Part shown: piece after piece, positions 25,601 to 38,400 of the stretch
How the letters are laid out: each line of letters starts with the position of its first letter
Position numbering within the stretch: the first letter of the stretch is position 1
Position numbers and translations under genes: made by a program
Source of the DNA: Patellaria atrata CBS 101060
Lineage: Eukaryota
NCBI GenBank assembly: GCA_010093705.1
Contig: MU006089.1
Coordinates: 1,785,561-1,849,560 of the forward strand
Direction: 5' to 3'
DNA length: 64,000 nucleotides
The notes under the pieces: generated by a model
What the model saw: only the letters and a program-made list of their open reading frames with translations
The model's database searches: none
What the model was told of the DNA's origin: nothing

Positions 25601-26105
25601 GGACAGCTCAGTTTGGGATGATGATTACTTTGAAGGAACTAGTGATGAGGATACTGAGGAGGATGACCGAGGCCCTCTTTCTAAATACCTTCCCATTCCC
25701 CCGAAGATAGGCAAATGGCCTGCACAAAATAGCGACGAAGGGCATAAAGGGACATCGGAAGCGGAGATTGCAGATTTTCTCACTGCTTCACCCACCCGAG
25801 TTGACGGCCATCGTGGGCTAAGCCCTTCTATCGAGCAAATATCCCAACCAACGATTAGTACCAAACAGACGAAAGACGAGGTTGACCAAGATGCCGATGA
25901 GATTGAACCCATCACAAGTACGCGGCCAGAAATATCACCATCTACAGGTGGTCTTTCGGAAATGGGTATTACCAGTGAACTTGGGTTGAAGAAATCCATC
26001 GAAGAACAGATCGGATCACCCACCGGTAGTTCGCCTTCAGGGCGACAAAGGAGTGGCAGCACTGGAGTTTCAGAACAAATCGCACGCTTAAGCACTTCAT
26101 CTTAA
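22605..26105 (+). CDS. ROG1: DUF676 alpha/beta-hydrolase putative lipase, Rog1-like (exons 22605-22654, 22721-26105)
   Basis: MLLIHQVGSVKVGELVR|YTLTY, VLTHGLHSN, nucleophile SFIGHSLGG, NDGIVPLRTS, DAHNNLIVRRMFANAYGWPVV; an in-frame upstream ATG at 22473 is an alternative start. Confidence 0.85.
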
Positions 26106-26427
26106 AGAAATCACGTTACATCACGTAAATACGGTAGATAGGGAACAACATCACATGATACCCTTTTTCAACATCAAAGTGATTCACATCTTCATTTGAA
26201 CGCGACAAATGACGTGTTTCCCACCTCCAATCACTTTTTGTGAAGAAACTATGTCGATTGCCTTGTAACAACTCATCGCCTTCCATAGACAGGCACGCCA
26301 CGTTCAACAACGTTTTGTGAGTAAACAAAACAGTCACCGCTTATGACTGCTTTCAAACATCTTTTCTTCGAATAAATTTCTGTCCACAAACCAAACTTGC
26401 AAACTACACATCCATCTGGTACATCGC

Positions 26428-28087
26428 ATGACCAACAACACCATGAATTCGGAATTTCCTTGGGGATTGTTTACACCACCAGGTCCGATAACATCATCAA
26501 CCGTTGCTAAATTGCAAATTGACCACATCGACTCCCTTCGAGGTATGGGGCTGTATCTGGATGAGCATCCTGACGAGAGGAATGACTTACCATCTCTGTT
26601 ACTTTCGGCGATTGACTTGCAGCGCCTTGTCGATGACGCGCCTAAAACACCAAGATCTCCTATCGATGCGAATCGATGGTTGGAGGAAGCTTTAGCCATA
26701 GATGCGAAACTAGATGCAGAGTCCAAACAAGAACCCGTAGATGACGGTACGTACAAGTTTATTCCACCTACTGGATATGTCATCCCTAATACATTAAATA
26801 GACCCTGCTCTCCGTTCAAGCGCTGTGGACGGCGATGATCATCTTATGTCTGGCATGGATGAATCCCCTCCGCAGTTGAAACGCGAACCTACCGAAGACC
26901 GTGCGCTGAGTGGTCTTCAAGATAGCGCGCCGGAGGTCTATCGATCCATCTTTGGTCCATTCAGAGATCCTTTCCTTCCTGAAACCCCGAAGCTAAAGCA
27001 CGCGACAGGAGTGGCTTACGATGATCATCCTATGGCTGACGTCCAGAAACCGACTTTCGAACTTGCGGAACGTAAGAATAACCTGCCGCCCAGTTTTCAA
27101 GACATGGTGCAGATGCTCCACCAAGATAAGCTGATGGTGGAGAGACACCGTGTGACTCCCCCGTTGACCAGGCTCCAAAATGCGTTCCTGAATAACATTA
27201 GAGTTGCTCCTGTAACACCACAGGAGCAAGTCATCATTCCGGAACGTCAAAACACAGGACGCTTCCAGAACGAGGCCTCTATCCATAGGCGCGCTCATTC
27301 ATCAGTAACGGACGAGTCCTCTTCCACCTTGGACAATGACGGAAGTGGACGCCCTGATATTCTTTCCGCTGCTGATGGTAGTCAAGTAAGTGAGACAACA
27401 TTTTTTACAACCCATTTTACAGACGCCGCTTACGTCTTCAACCAGGTAATCAACAGCGCTCGCATCTCAGAAGCCCAGAACGCCCAACTCTCCCATGTTC
27501 TCATCTCTAACCCTCCGACCGGTCCGGCTATTCCAACTTGCCCTGTTACCCCGGTTTTCACTACCATCCCAACTGGCCCTGTTACCCTTGGTTTCACCGG
27601 CACCCCAAGCCGCACAGCAACCCCGAGCGACACGGCAATGCTTTCCACCACCCCAAGTCTCACCGCCACCCCAAGCCATGCTGTCATCCCAAATCTCACC
27701 ACCACCCCCAACGTCCCAGCACCAACCACCTCCTACACACCTTACCTCCCACCCCCGCGCTCGAGCTTCAAGGCTCACCGCACCTGGGACAGCGCCACCT
27801 TCCACTACCGGCTCCTGTACGTCCTCGCGCGCCGCGTCACCGTCGACAAACGCATGCACTGGGCCCAGGCCATGGAGCTCTTCAAGGAAGTCTGTCCTGC
27901 GGATGAGCTGGCGGGTGTCAAGGATAGCGCGTTCTCGTGCCGTGGCAGGGATATGGTTAGGAGGTGGGGCGATGTGGGTGGGGAGGTTGTTAGGGCCTAT
28001 TTTGAGACTATGAGGGCGAAGGGGGGTGAGGAGGTTAGGGCTTGGGAGGAGGTGCTTTTTGCTGGTCAGATGGGGGAGAGTGAGTAG
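26428..28087 (+). CDS. Lineage-specific hypothetical protein with Thr/Pro-rich repeats (exons 26428-26746, 26802-28087)
   Basis: Track ORFs 26428..26838 and 26825..28087 are joined in frame by a GTACGT..CTAAT..TAG intron (26747-26801). Confidence 0.7.
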
Positions 28088-28860
28088 TGGGGTGGTCAGA
28101 GGCGTTTTGGACCTGCTGGTAATGCGGACCTATCGGGGGGGTTTGTGTCTCTTTGATGGTGTTGCGCGGGTGGATATTTGTCTCTTTGCCGGTGTTACTG
28201 GCGTGGAGCTGTCTATTCGGCACTATCACTTCATCGGTCGATATCTATCTATTCGGCTGTCACTCATCGGTGGAAATATGTTCTATCCCTTTCTCGCCTC
28301 GGCGGTATTATCTGTCTTTTGAGACACTACATTGTGGAGTTCCATTCGAGGTATTTGGACGGCGGGAATTGAAGGTCAAAAAAAAAAAAAAAGATAAAAA
28401 CCGAAAATTATGGATGGATGATGGATGGAGGAGTTGCGGTCTGTGTATGTAATGTAGCGGAAGCTTTGAATAGGAACAATAGTATGAGAAATGAATGGTT
28501 TGAGTTGGTGGGTGTCAGTGATTGGTTGATGTGAGTTTGTATACTGCTGGTTCTATGGTAGAAATGAGATGGGATGGGATTGAGCGGTATGATACTCGGG
28601 TGTATCTACCAGCGTCCAGTGTATCGCTATTGGTGAGTAAATCGTTAAGATTCTTTTCAGGTTCATCTCTAGCTTCCAGGCGCCAGGTATCTATTGAAAT
28701 ATATAAAGAAGATAGAACAAGTAGATCGGAGACTACCGTATAGCTATCAACAGACCAAACTCGGTATTTAATCACACCATAAGAAAAGGGAGGGTCTATT
28801 GTATTATACTCCTTAACTTAAACCTTCACTCTCTCCACTGTCCAACTATTAACCGTAGCC

Positions 28861-29460
28861 NNNNNNNNNNNNNNNNNNNNNNNNNNNNNNNNNNNNNNNN
28901 NNNNNNNNNNNNNNNNNNNNNNNNNNNNNNNNNNNNNNNNNNNNNNNNNNNNNNNNNNNNNNNNNNNNNNNNNNNNNNNNNNNNNNNNNNNNNNNNNNNN
29001 NNNNNNNNNNNNNNNNNNNNNNNNNNNNNNNNNNNNNNNNNNNNNNNNNNNNNNNNNNNNNNNNNNNNNNNNNNNNNNNNNNNNNNNNNNNNNNNNNNNN
29101 NNNNNNNNNNNNNNNNNNNNNNNNNNNNNNNNNNNNNNNNNNNNNNNNNNNNNNNNNNNNNNNNNNNNNNNNNNNNNNNNNNNNNNNNNNNNNNNNNNNN
29201 NNNNNNNNNNNNNNNNNNNNNNNNNNNNNNNNNNNNNNNNNNNNNNNNNNNNNNNNNNNNNNNNNNNNNNNNNNNNNNNNNNNNNNNNNNNNNNNNNNNN
29301 NNNNNNNNNNNNNNNNNNNNNNNNNNNNNNNNNNNNNNNNNNNNNNNNNNNNNNNNNNNNNNNNNNNNNNNNNNNNNNNNNNNNNNNNNNNNNNNNNNNN
29401 NNNNNNNNNNNNNNNNNNNNNNNNNNNNNNNNNNNNNNNNNNNNNNNNNNNNNNNNNNNN
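28861..29460. other. Assembly gap (600 N)
   Basis: Run of n characters. Confidence 1.
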
Positions 29461-29502
29461 AAAGAGAAAAAGTCCCCTCAAAATCCAAAAAAAAAGATTT
29501 GC

Positions 29503-29595
29503 TCTGTCCTCCCAGAATCGAACTGGGGACCTTCCGGTAACCGGAGCGACTTTCCTTTACAGCCGGACGCCATGAACCAACTAGACTAAGGACAG
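29503..29595 (-). tRNA. tRNA-Tyr(GTA) with an 18-nt intron
   Basis: Acceptor stem CTGTCCT/AGGACAG with A73 and C1-G72; anticodon stem TCCGG/CCGGA, loop CT-GTA-A; intron AGGAAAGTCGCTCCGGTT after position 37; T arm CCCAG-TTCGATT-CTGGG; T9 terminator just downstream. Confidence 0.93.
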
Positions 29596-31198
29596 GAACA
29601 AGAAATCAGGTTACAATGATCAAATTATTAAGTTTCAAAGATTTTGTGTTATGCTGCTAGCGTCGCAGAAAATCATTGCCTAGGGGGGTTTAGGGACACA
29701 AGCCCGAATGCGTGGCGCCGCACGTGCTGGACACGAGCATAGGTACAGATACTGTGCACGTTTATAGGAACTATATTTCTACTTTGCTACTGTAGCTGTA
29801 CTGTACGACTGTGAAGATTCTGACTTCGTACAGTACAGTACAATACAACCAAACTACAAGTTGAAATCGCGCACATCGCCCGTCGCGTACGTACGCACGC
29901 TCCGAATCCATATAACGAATGATGCCGTAACTGCTTAAGGAACCGCATAGCTGTGAAAATATAATATATGTATAGAGAACAATCGGATACCATTCTTAAC
30001 CCCATGTAAACTCCATCAAAGAAAAGTCATCAGTTAGCGGACATAAAGGTCTAGAGTCCAGACTGGTGTATAGGACATGAGAAGATGGATTTCCCTTTCT
30101 GGTAATTGGGAATAAGCGGGACTGCAAAATATGGCAATCGCGTTCGTTAGAATCACATGAAGTCGAGAATATGGCAGGGAGGATGCGAGTTGGAAGGGTG
30201 AGTCATCTGCATGTAAGCATCATGGTGGACGGTGGACCAGCTAAAGTGTTAACGAGAGTCGGCGATAACCAGAGGTTGGAGTAATGGACTCATGCGGAAT
30301 GAGCAGCCTTTAAGTAGAATTACGTGTGGTATTCCCAAACGCGGTACGTATTCCGGTCTGGAGATTCTGCATTCATCTCTGAAAATGACAGACTGGCAAG
30401 GTATCGGGTTTCACGGTTTTCTTGTCAAAGTGATTAAATAGGAACGCTGGCGTTGATATTGAACATGTATAACGCAAGGGACAACCCATAGCAACACGCA
30501 GTACGAGATGTTCATACTATTTTCTTTTGAAGCAAATTCTTACCATGCACTTGATATACCTCCTATACTTCACGGCATGGTAAGATTGAATAACAAAACG
30601 GTTGAATATCTATCCGTATGGATAAAGCTAAACACCGCGCCGCCGCCCCTTCCATTGTCATCGAAGGATGCTGGGGATTCTTAAGCGTGTTAAGATATGC
30701 TTAAACGTGCAAGCTTTCCTCAAAGCGGGAAAGGGTGGTCCCAGCAGAGTATCGGTGATTTCAGAGTGCGAAGGCCGAGGAGCTGGTCGGCCTTAAGTTG
30801 CGCCCTTACGCGCGAACAACAGCAAAGATCTTGCAATATCACCTTTTATCCTGGTTCGCATCTTTGAATTTTTAGCTGTTGAGAGGCTCGGTTTCGGTTT
30901 GCGAGTTCTTTTTGGATTACGCCTTTGAGTCATCGGTGTTATCAGATTAGATAGCAGTATTTTAAGGAGTGCCATTGTCTTTTCTTCGAGGCCTCATCAA
31001 TCTCTTCACATCTCATAATTTCTCTCCATCCCTTGTCTTCCTACTTTATCATTAGCATCTGCATCCTTTAATGTCAACCTCTTGATACCATTATCCTTAT
31101 TCTCTGTGATAGACCTATTCGAGACAACAAAATACTCCCGTAAAACCCCGTGTTTTCATTTTCTTTCATTAATAGCTCTATCCTAATACCACAATACC

Positions 31199-32775
31199 AT
31201 GGCACTATCCGAGTCATCACCCTCCCAGCGGAAGGAGAACGACTTACCTCCCAATTCCGAGAGAACATTAGGTGTGGGAACAGACACCCCAAGAACATCC
31301 ATCAGCGAAAATAGCGCGGATAAAATCCCAGAAAAATCCACAGCAGTATCACAAGACCAGTTAGGATCAATCAAGGAGCAGTCACTAAGCGGCAATGGCC
31401 ACGATCCAGAGAAAGCGATTGCACCACCGGCCCTCAACTTCATGGATCCCAGTTCATTCCCAGACGGCGGAAGACAAGCGTGGACAGCAGTTGCGGGCAG
31501 TTCTGCTCTCCTCTTTGTCTCTTTCGGGTGGATAAATTGTGTCGGTCTCTTTCAGGAATACTATCAAACACATCAATTGAAAGAATACACCGAGTCTCAA
31601 ATTGCGTGGATCCCGTCTCTACAAGGTAAGATACTCCAGATATCGATGATAGCATATGGAGATCCGGTGCTAACATGTTGTAGTATTCTTCATGCTATTT
31701 GGCGGACCATTCGTAGGCAAGATATTCGACGATTATGGACCTCGTTACATCCTCATTGTTGGAAGTTTTCTCCACGTTTTCGGATTAATGATGACCAGTA
31801 TCTGCAAAGAGTACTACCAATTCCTCCTTGCTCAAGCAGTATGCTCCGCTATTGGCGCCTCGATGGCCTTCTATCCAGGATTCGCATGTGTGGGGACCTG
31901 GTTCTTCCATAAGCGAGGTGCTGCTATGGGTCTCGTTGCTGCTGGCTCCTCACTCGGAGGCGTTATATTTCCTATTATGGTTATCAACCTCTTGCCAAAA
32001 GTTGGCTTCGGATGGACGATGCGTATATGCGCTTTTCTTATCCTAGGCATGCTCATATTCGCCAATTTCACCGTGACATCTCGAATTCCACCTACAAGAA
32101 GACCGTTTTCCGTGATGGCCTTTCTCCGTCCTCTTAGAGAACCTGTTTTCTTGACATTGACTCTCGCCGTTTTCTTCTTCTTTTGTAAGTTTCCCAGAAA
32201 GAATGAACCCAAAGCGAAAATGTGTCAGTATGCTAACTCTCACAGGGGGTATGTTTACACCTCTCACCTTCATCGTCGTCCACGCGCGCAAACACGGTAT
32301 GTCCACGTCAATGGCACAATACCTAGTCACAATCCTCAACGGTGCAAGTATCATCGGCCGAACTGTACCTAACGTCATTGCCGACAAAGTCGGCCGCTTC
32401 AACACTATGATTGTCATGGCCTTCTTTACTAGCGTCCTCATTCTCGGTCTCTGGCTCCCAGCAACGGGCAACGTCCCTATCATCCTCTTCGCCGTCTTTT
32501 TCGGCATTGGCTCGGGTGCTGGTATTGGACTCACTCCCGTGCTATGTGCTCAGATATCCCCCGTCAAGGATATTGGTGTGCGTTCGGGTGCCATTTTTGC
32601 CCTTGCATCCTTCGCCGCGCTTAGCGGATCCCCCATCAGTGGTGAAATCATCAGCGATAGCAATGGCTCGCTTAAGTGGGCCATAGTGTATGCTGGCGTG
32701 AGTTGTGCGATTGGGTCAGCATTCTTCGTCCTCGCAAGGGTGCTGACTGCTGGGTTTAAATGGACGAAGGCTTGA
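31199..32775 (+). CDS. MFS monocarboxylate-permease-family transporter, Mch4/Mch5-like (exons 31199-31625, 31684-32184, 32246-32775)
   Basis: FPDGGRQAW, GKIFDDYGPR, TWFFHKRGAAMG, GFGWTMR, ADKVGRFN; two GT-AG introns restore the frame across three track ORFs. Confidence 0.92.
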
Positions 32776-34669
32776 TCGAATAGAGAAATTAGAAGAGTTA
32801 TATCTGCTTGAAAGCAGAATGCTTCGCAGTTGTCATACATTGTGGTTTATTTGAGGCGCAACCTGGCGTCATACGATACTCCACTTTCAGGAGTCAAGCT
32901 TGGGAGGTCAAGTTTGTTTGGTCCATACTAGACGGGAGACGAAAAGTAAACGGTCTTGGACTTTGAAATTTTGGACTTGCCGTTAGAGTCGACGAAGTTC
33001 ATCTTCGAACAAATAGAAGAAAGTCTCTACAACGGGTTTGATAGAGCAAATGAATAGGTAGTTGATATGATAAAATTCATACAGACTTCATGAGAATGAC
33101 TTGCACGTTGTAAAACCGAGCAAGGATTCAAAATTGACCTTTTTATTATCGGGCTATTATAGCTTACTATGCACTATTTCTTCGGCATATGTAGGATAAT
33201 GAAATCTCACAAACCAGCCGCATATGATAGGATACCAGTATGTGTTAAAAAAAAGTATTATTTCCGCTGTCGAGGCACCCTTTGGGTACTGTAAATCTGT
33301 TCTTAGAAGGACTGACTCTGGTGGATATAACGATTAAATTGTAAGAAAATCGAAAAGTTGTATGAAGGCTCTAAAGCATGCATTTTGAAAGGGCAATAGA
33401 GACTCCAATTCAGGGTTGCGCTGGAAATGTATAGCAAGTGTATATAAAAGAGAAGTGTAAAGAGTTGTCAAGAGAGGAGATAATGGCTGAAAAAGATCCA
33501 GGTGATAGAGGAGGAATCGTGTTTTATACTACTCCACATCTTAAGTCTACTGAGCTTTTACTAAATGGCGATGTCATGATCTGTTGGAACGTCTGGGGAA
33601 GTGTGGAGATAGCAAACCTAGGTACAGTATCATTTTGCATTAAAGCAGGGACAGACGCCATTATCCATTAGTTGATGTGTTGTTCGATCAGAAATAACCT
33701 AAGGGCCTCATGTGGTATCCCTTCCGCTGTGCATCAAAGCTTGTAGTTTCCTCTATAGACTTAGTTTTGAAGCAGGCGCCATGTGAGAATTTACTTTTTT
33801 AGCTTTTGCATTCTTCCTCACCAGTCGAGAGTTGTCGTGGCAAGTTATCCATACGGCGGTGAGGGGGGGGGGGGGTTTACGCATAACGTGCAGCTAGCCT
33901 TGCGAGTTCTAGATGCTAGATGCATATGATTATGGTAGATGCAGAGACAGACAAATCATCCACCATTAGCCCTGATGTCCAATCTTGTGATTTTCGAAGT
34001 CATCGTGTGATTGTTGAAACAATTGCTTTTGATGCGGGAAGAAAATGCGGGACGGCCGCGCTTGGTTAAGTTTCTTTCACTCCCGAACCCGCGCATATAC
34101 GAGTCGGAATGGGAGAGTCATCTGACTGTTTGAAGCGGTACCTGCATCAGAGAAGAATTTTTCAATGAGAAAAGGTAAACATTGGGATTTTCCTGAGGAG
34201 GATCGTCGTTGTTGAGGTCTGGACAAGAGTGAGGTTACTGATGGCATAAGAGTTATCGGAGCTAAACCCAATTCGTATGCTAAGTGGGAGAGAAAAAGTA
34301 CAGTGACAAAGGCCCAGAGTACCCCTCCATCATTCATTCATGGCAGGAATCTGCCACCCACGTTGGCTAGAGGGTTGGCTGTCCCGCATTCCTTCTGCAG
34401 CTATAAATCTTTGTTCCTCCAGAAAATTTCCTTCTTCTTCATTCTGCCTCTTGCATTCGCTTCAGGCCTCGAGATCAATTACCCTACTGTGCTTTTAATA
34501 CCTCACCAGCGTCTTAATTGATTGCTTTCTGCACCATTTCTGCCCAATTGCCGTTGACAAGATACCCCACCTCTTACTACCTTCCGGAGAGGTCCTCTCT
34601 AAAAGCCCGTCAGATCCGTCAATTCTACAACCCATTTTTCACCCTAATTGAAGCTTTCAAACCGCTAAA

Positions 34670-35468
34670 ATGACCGTCGTACGTAGTGGAGTTACCTATC
34701 TTACTGTTGGCTCTCTGCTGACCCCGTCTCATTCAGATTAAGGAGATCCTCTTCGACTGTGATAACACCCTTGTCCTCTCCGAAAAGCTTGCCTTCGAGG
34801 CATGTGCGGAACTTTCAAATGAGATCCTTGAGAAGCAAGGCATCTCTGACCGCTACACCGGTCCCTCCCTCCTCAAGGACTTTGTCGGCCAGAACTTCCG
34901 TGGCATGATGGTCTCCCTAACGAAGAAGTACAACTTCACCCTCTCAGATGAGGAGTTCGACAGCTACGTTAACCGTGAGTTGGGCAAGGTCATCGAGACC
35001 CTCGAGAAGAAGGCAGAGCCTTGCGAGGGTGTCATTGAGGAGCTCGAGAAGCTCAAGGCCTCCGGCGAGTACGGACTGGCCGTTGTCAGCTCCTCTGCTC
35101 TATCCCGTGTCAAGGCCTCCATCGAGAAGGTCCGGATCGATCACTACTTCCCCAGAGACCACATCTACAGCGCTGCCTCATCCCTCCCCAAGCCCACATC
35201 CAAACCCGATCCCGCCGTCTACTTCTATGCTTGTGAGCAGATCGGTGTCAAGCCTGAGGAGTGCGTTGCCGTCGAGGACAGCAAGTCTGGTGCTACTGCC
35301 GCGAAGAACGCTGGCATTCCATTGATCGGATATGTTGGCCCTTACGACGAGGATGAGAAGGAGCACATGAGGAAGGTTCTCAAGGATGAGTGCGGTGCTA
35401 TCGTAGTTATGGAGCACTGGTCCGAGTTCCAGGATTGCTTGAAGAAGGTTAAGGAGGCTGTTGCCTAG
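34670..35468 (+). CDS. HAD-superfamily hydrolase, subfamily IA (exons 34670-34678, 34737-35468)
   Basis: Motif I LFDCDNTL, motif II VVSSS, motif III SKPDP, motif IV VEDSKSG; 9-nt first coding exon; strong C/G-ending codon bias; TATAAA at ~34402. Confidence 0.92.
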
Positions 35469-38400
35469 ATCAGGACACTTTCACGACTTCATGATGAGAG
35501 ATAGAACGGATGAAAAGAAGGTGCATAAACGATAGAATGGTATCACTAGATTTGTGTAGACTTTCTGTCACGACCTCTAAAATGTCTATTCTTTTGAACT
35601 TTCTTGTTAAGGTACCCTCATACATTGTTTAATGACTGAAACTCCGAGGAAGATCCTAGGCCTCTGTCTTGTTTAGGATTTGAAACATTTGACGAATAAC
35701 GGTGTCTTTCACGGCCGATGGACGCCTATAAGGACGTCGTAGATATCAAATGATCAGTCAATTCCGTTATTTTGTGTAATAAGGATGTCTGTTTCCTTAA
35801 GACTGGAAGGGTGACAGGAGGTTTGAATAGAGAAGCTCTCATGGTCTGTGCCCCTCTGTCTTCACCAAGCCCGTAAAACAAGCCACTCGCTTAGCGGTCT
35901 CACCTCAGTTCTGACTTCACACGAGGCTGAAGACCTATCATGATGGACATACGTATAGTAAGGCTGAACAGAAGAATTCTCAAAGGTGACATTACCGTCG
36001 AGAGATCATAGCGCAATTGCTGCACCAGTATGGAGTATCTGTGGTGAGCCATTACGGGATTCTGTCCACTTACAAAAGTCCAAATCCCGAGGCATCAGAA
36101 AGGACAACAGCCGTGTCGTCGGCATCACCGTCTCAACATATGGCAGTTTGGGAAGGGCAAAGGGCAAGAGGCGGAAAGGGGGCGTAGCTAAGCCTTTGCT
36201 CTTCCAGCTCCTCCGCCCTTCTCATTTCCACTCCACTGGCCTATAAGGCCTTACATCTCCCCTCTATTTCACCCGAGGCTGTTTAATCGGCCGTAAGTCG
36301 TACTTTGAGAAATCTTTATAGCGCTGACTCTTTATTTCCTTTCAGCCTCAGGGATGTCTCATCCCTGCCTCAGCCCTTTTGAACATGAGGGTAGTTGCTA
36401 TGGTCCTCCCGGCCGAGGTCCAGATGGAATCACCGCCTCACGTATCACGTCTGAGTATTTACGAAGGGAAAGGGCGAGAGATATGAAAGAAGGGTAAGAT
36501 GTAGGACTAATAGGGCGTAAAAAGACAAGAGGGAGACAAGGGGCTGTAACTAATCTAAGCTTTTGCCCTTCCCGCTCCTCCGCCCTCCCCTTTCCCACTC
36601 CACTGGTCTGTCAGATCTTGCATCTCACCGTTAGCATTAGTCGAGGTGGTGAGATGTATGTAAGTTCTGAATAAGATTGGATGAGATGGCTGTGTCGGTC
36701 TAGACGATAACTTGCGCAAGTTTCGCGCTGTGTTTGTCTTTTTATTCGTTAATACTTTATTGGGATGCCTTATCTCTACGTTGTGCCTATGAGTGACCTC
36801 CCCGGTCGTCATGGCCAGGATTGCGGGAAGGGCTGAGCTATACTAACAGCGGTGGTATGTATGATAGCAGAAAGTTGGCGGGTTAGCAGTGGTTGGGAAT
36901 TCAGAATGCGATTAGAGGACCCGTGATCGCAAAGATATGCGGTGAGACGGGAGCATGATGAGGTATAAGCATCGTAATCTTGCAAGATGCATGCTGTAGT
37001 ATAGAGGTTATGAAAGGGTATATGAAATTCACGCGTGCGTTGGCAGAGTCACGGTATGCATGGTGATGAGAGAGTGGGTTTACGAGCCGGAGTCATGGAT
37101 CATGGTTACAAGGCATGCGGTACAAGGTGTAAGGTATTGGTTATGTAGCATCAGGTGCAAGATGTGAAGATGTAGGATATCAGCCATGTAGTACAGTACG
37201 TGCTGGGATAGTGTACCAAATGTAAGATATATAATGCTTTTAATATGAGCGTAAGACATATGATGCAGGAGTGAAGCATTTCGGGATTATATATCGATCT
37301 CGGGATCCCGGTAACAAGCGTAAAGCAGTAGCGTCACAGGCATTGCAGTGTGCAAATGCAAGGTTAAGCAAATGTCGTGATGTGTATCGGGGTCAGCTGC
37401 CGACTTTCAGTATGCCGGACGCCGGACGGTACACCGAATATGTTAAGGTTGTAATTCAACGCGCACAGTTCAATGTGGGGTTTGTATGTACCAAAGCTTG
37501 ACAGTTGAAAGTGGAGGGATGGTCTGAAAAAGCGTGATGTTGAATCTCGACTGAGCGAAGGATAATATTTGTTGTATGTATCTACTTAAGCAAGAAAGGG
37601 AAGAGCAGGCTCGCGGACGCGACAGCCGTTACACATCAAGAGTGAGGCTGAAACTTCAGCAATGACGGTGATTGGAATAGGTGTCGGCCGTGTGTTTGTA
37701 GAGCTCTGGTTCGGCTGCTACCCATGCATTGCACATTTTTCCAGAGTCTAGAAGCATGGGTCTTTGTTGAACGCAACGGTGAGGTGGAGATTAAGGTATA
37801 ACGTAAGGTTGGGATGGGGCTGAAATGGTGGGGGAATTAATATAACATATCGAATACTTGGACAAGATATTCTATGCTCCAGATACATGTGATGCCGAAG
37901 CGGAAGGCCTGGAGCAGTTTATTATCTATTTTCCTAATTCAAGCCATACTGGGGCCGAGATTTCGGGTAATAATTCCATTGTCGGGAATCATTCGCCATT
38001 GGAAGGGCTGGAGAAAGCTGCAAAATGAAGGTTTGTTTATAGATATGACGTTTATTTGTACATCCGGCTCAAGTTATGTTTTAGGACGAATGCGGTCCAA
38101 AAGGTTTACCGACAGGTAGCGGAAGCCCAGAGTGAAGGGTATGCATGTGCAGTGTGAAAAGATAAGGGTCCCCTCTATTCGGGTACCTAGCAGTATGGGA
38201 GGATATGTATGTGATACTAGAGTTGAATATGAGGAGGGTGCTCTGAAAGATTGGTTAACAGGACTTGTAACCTGAAAATGAGTAGTGGTTAGAGAGGCAG
38301 AAATTCATATATTCAGCCCTCAAGGAGGCGGCCATTGGGTAGAGGGTCGGTTAGGGTTTTTCAATTAACGAATAGGGGTATAAGTTTTAAATTATAATTG

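Noticed and set aside
28826..29488. Two long ORFs in the track made of X residues
   Set aside because: Artefacts of the 600-N gap.
33863..33875. G13 run (also poly-T at ~21946-21960 and poly-A at ~28378-28393)
   Set aside because: Ordinary homopolymers with no further supporting structure.
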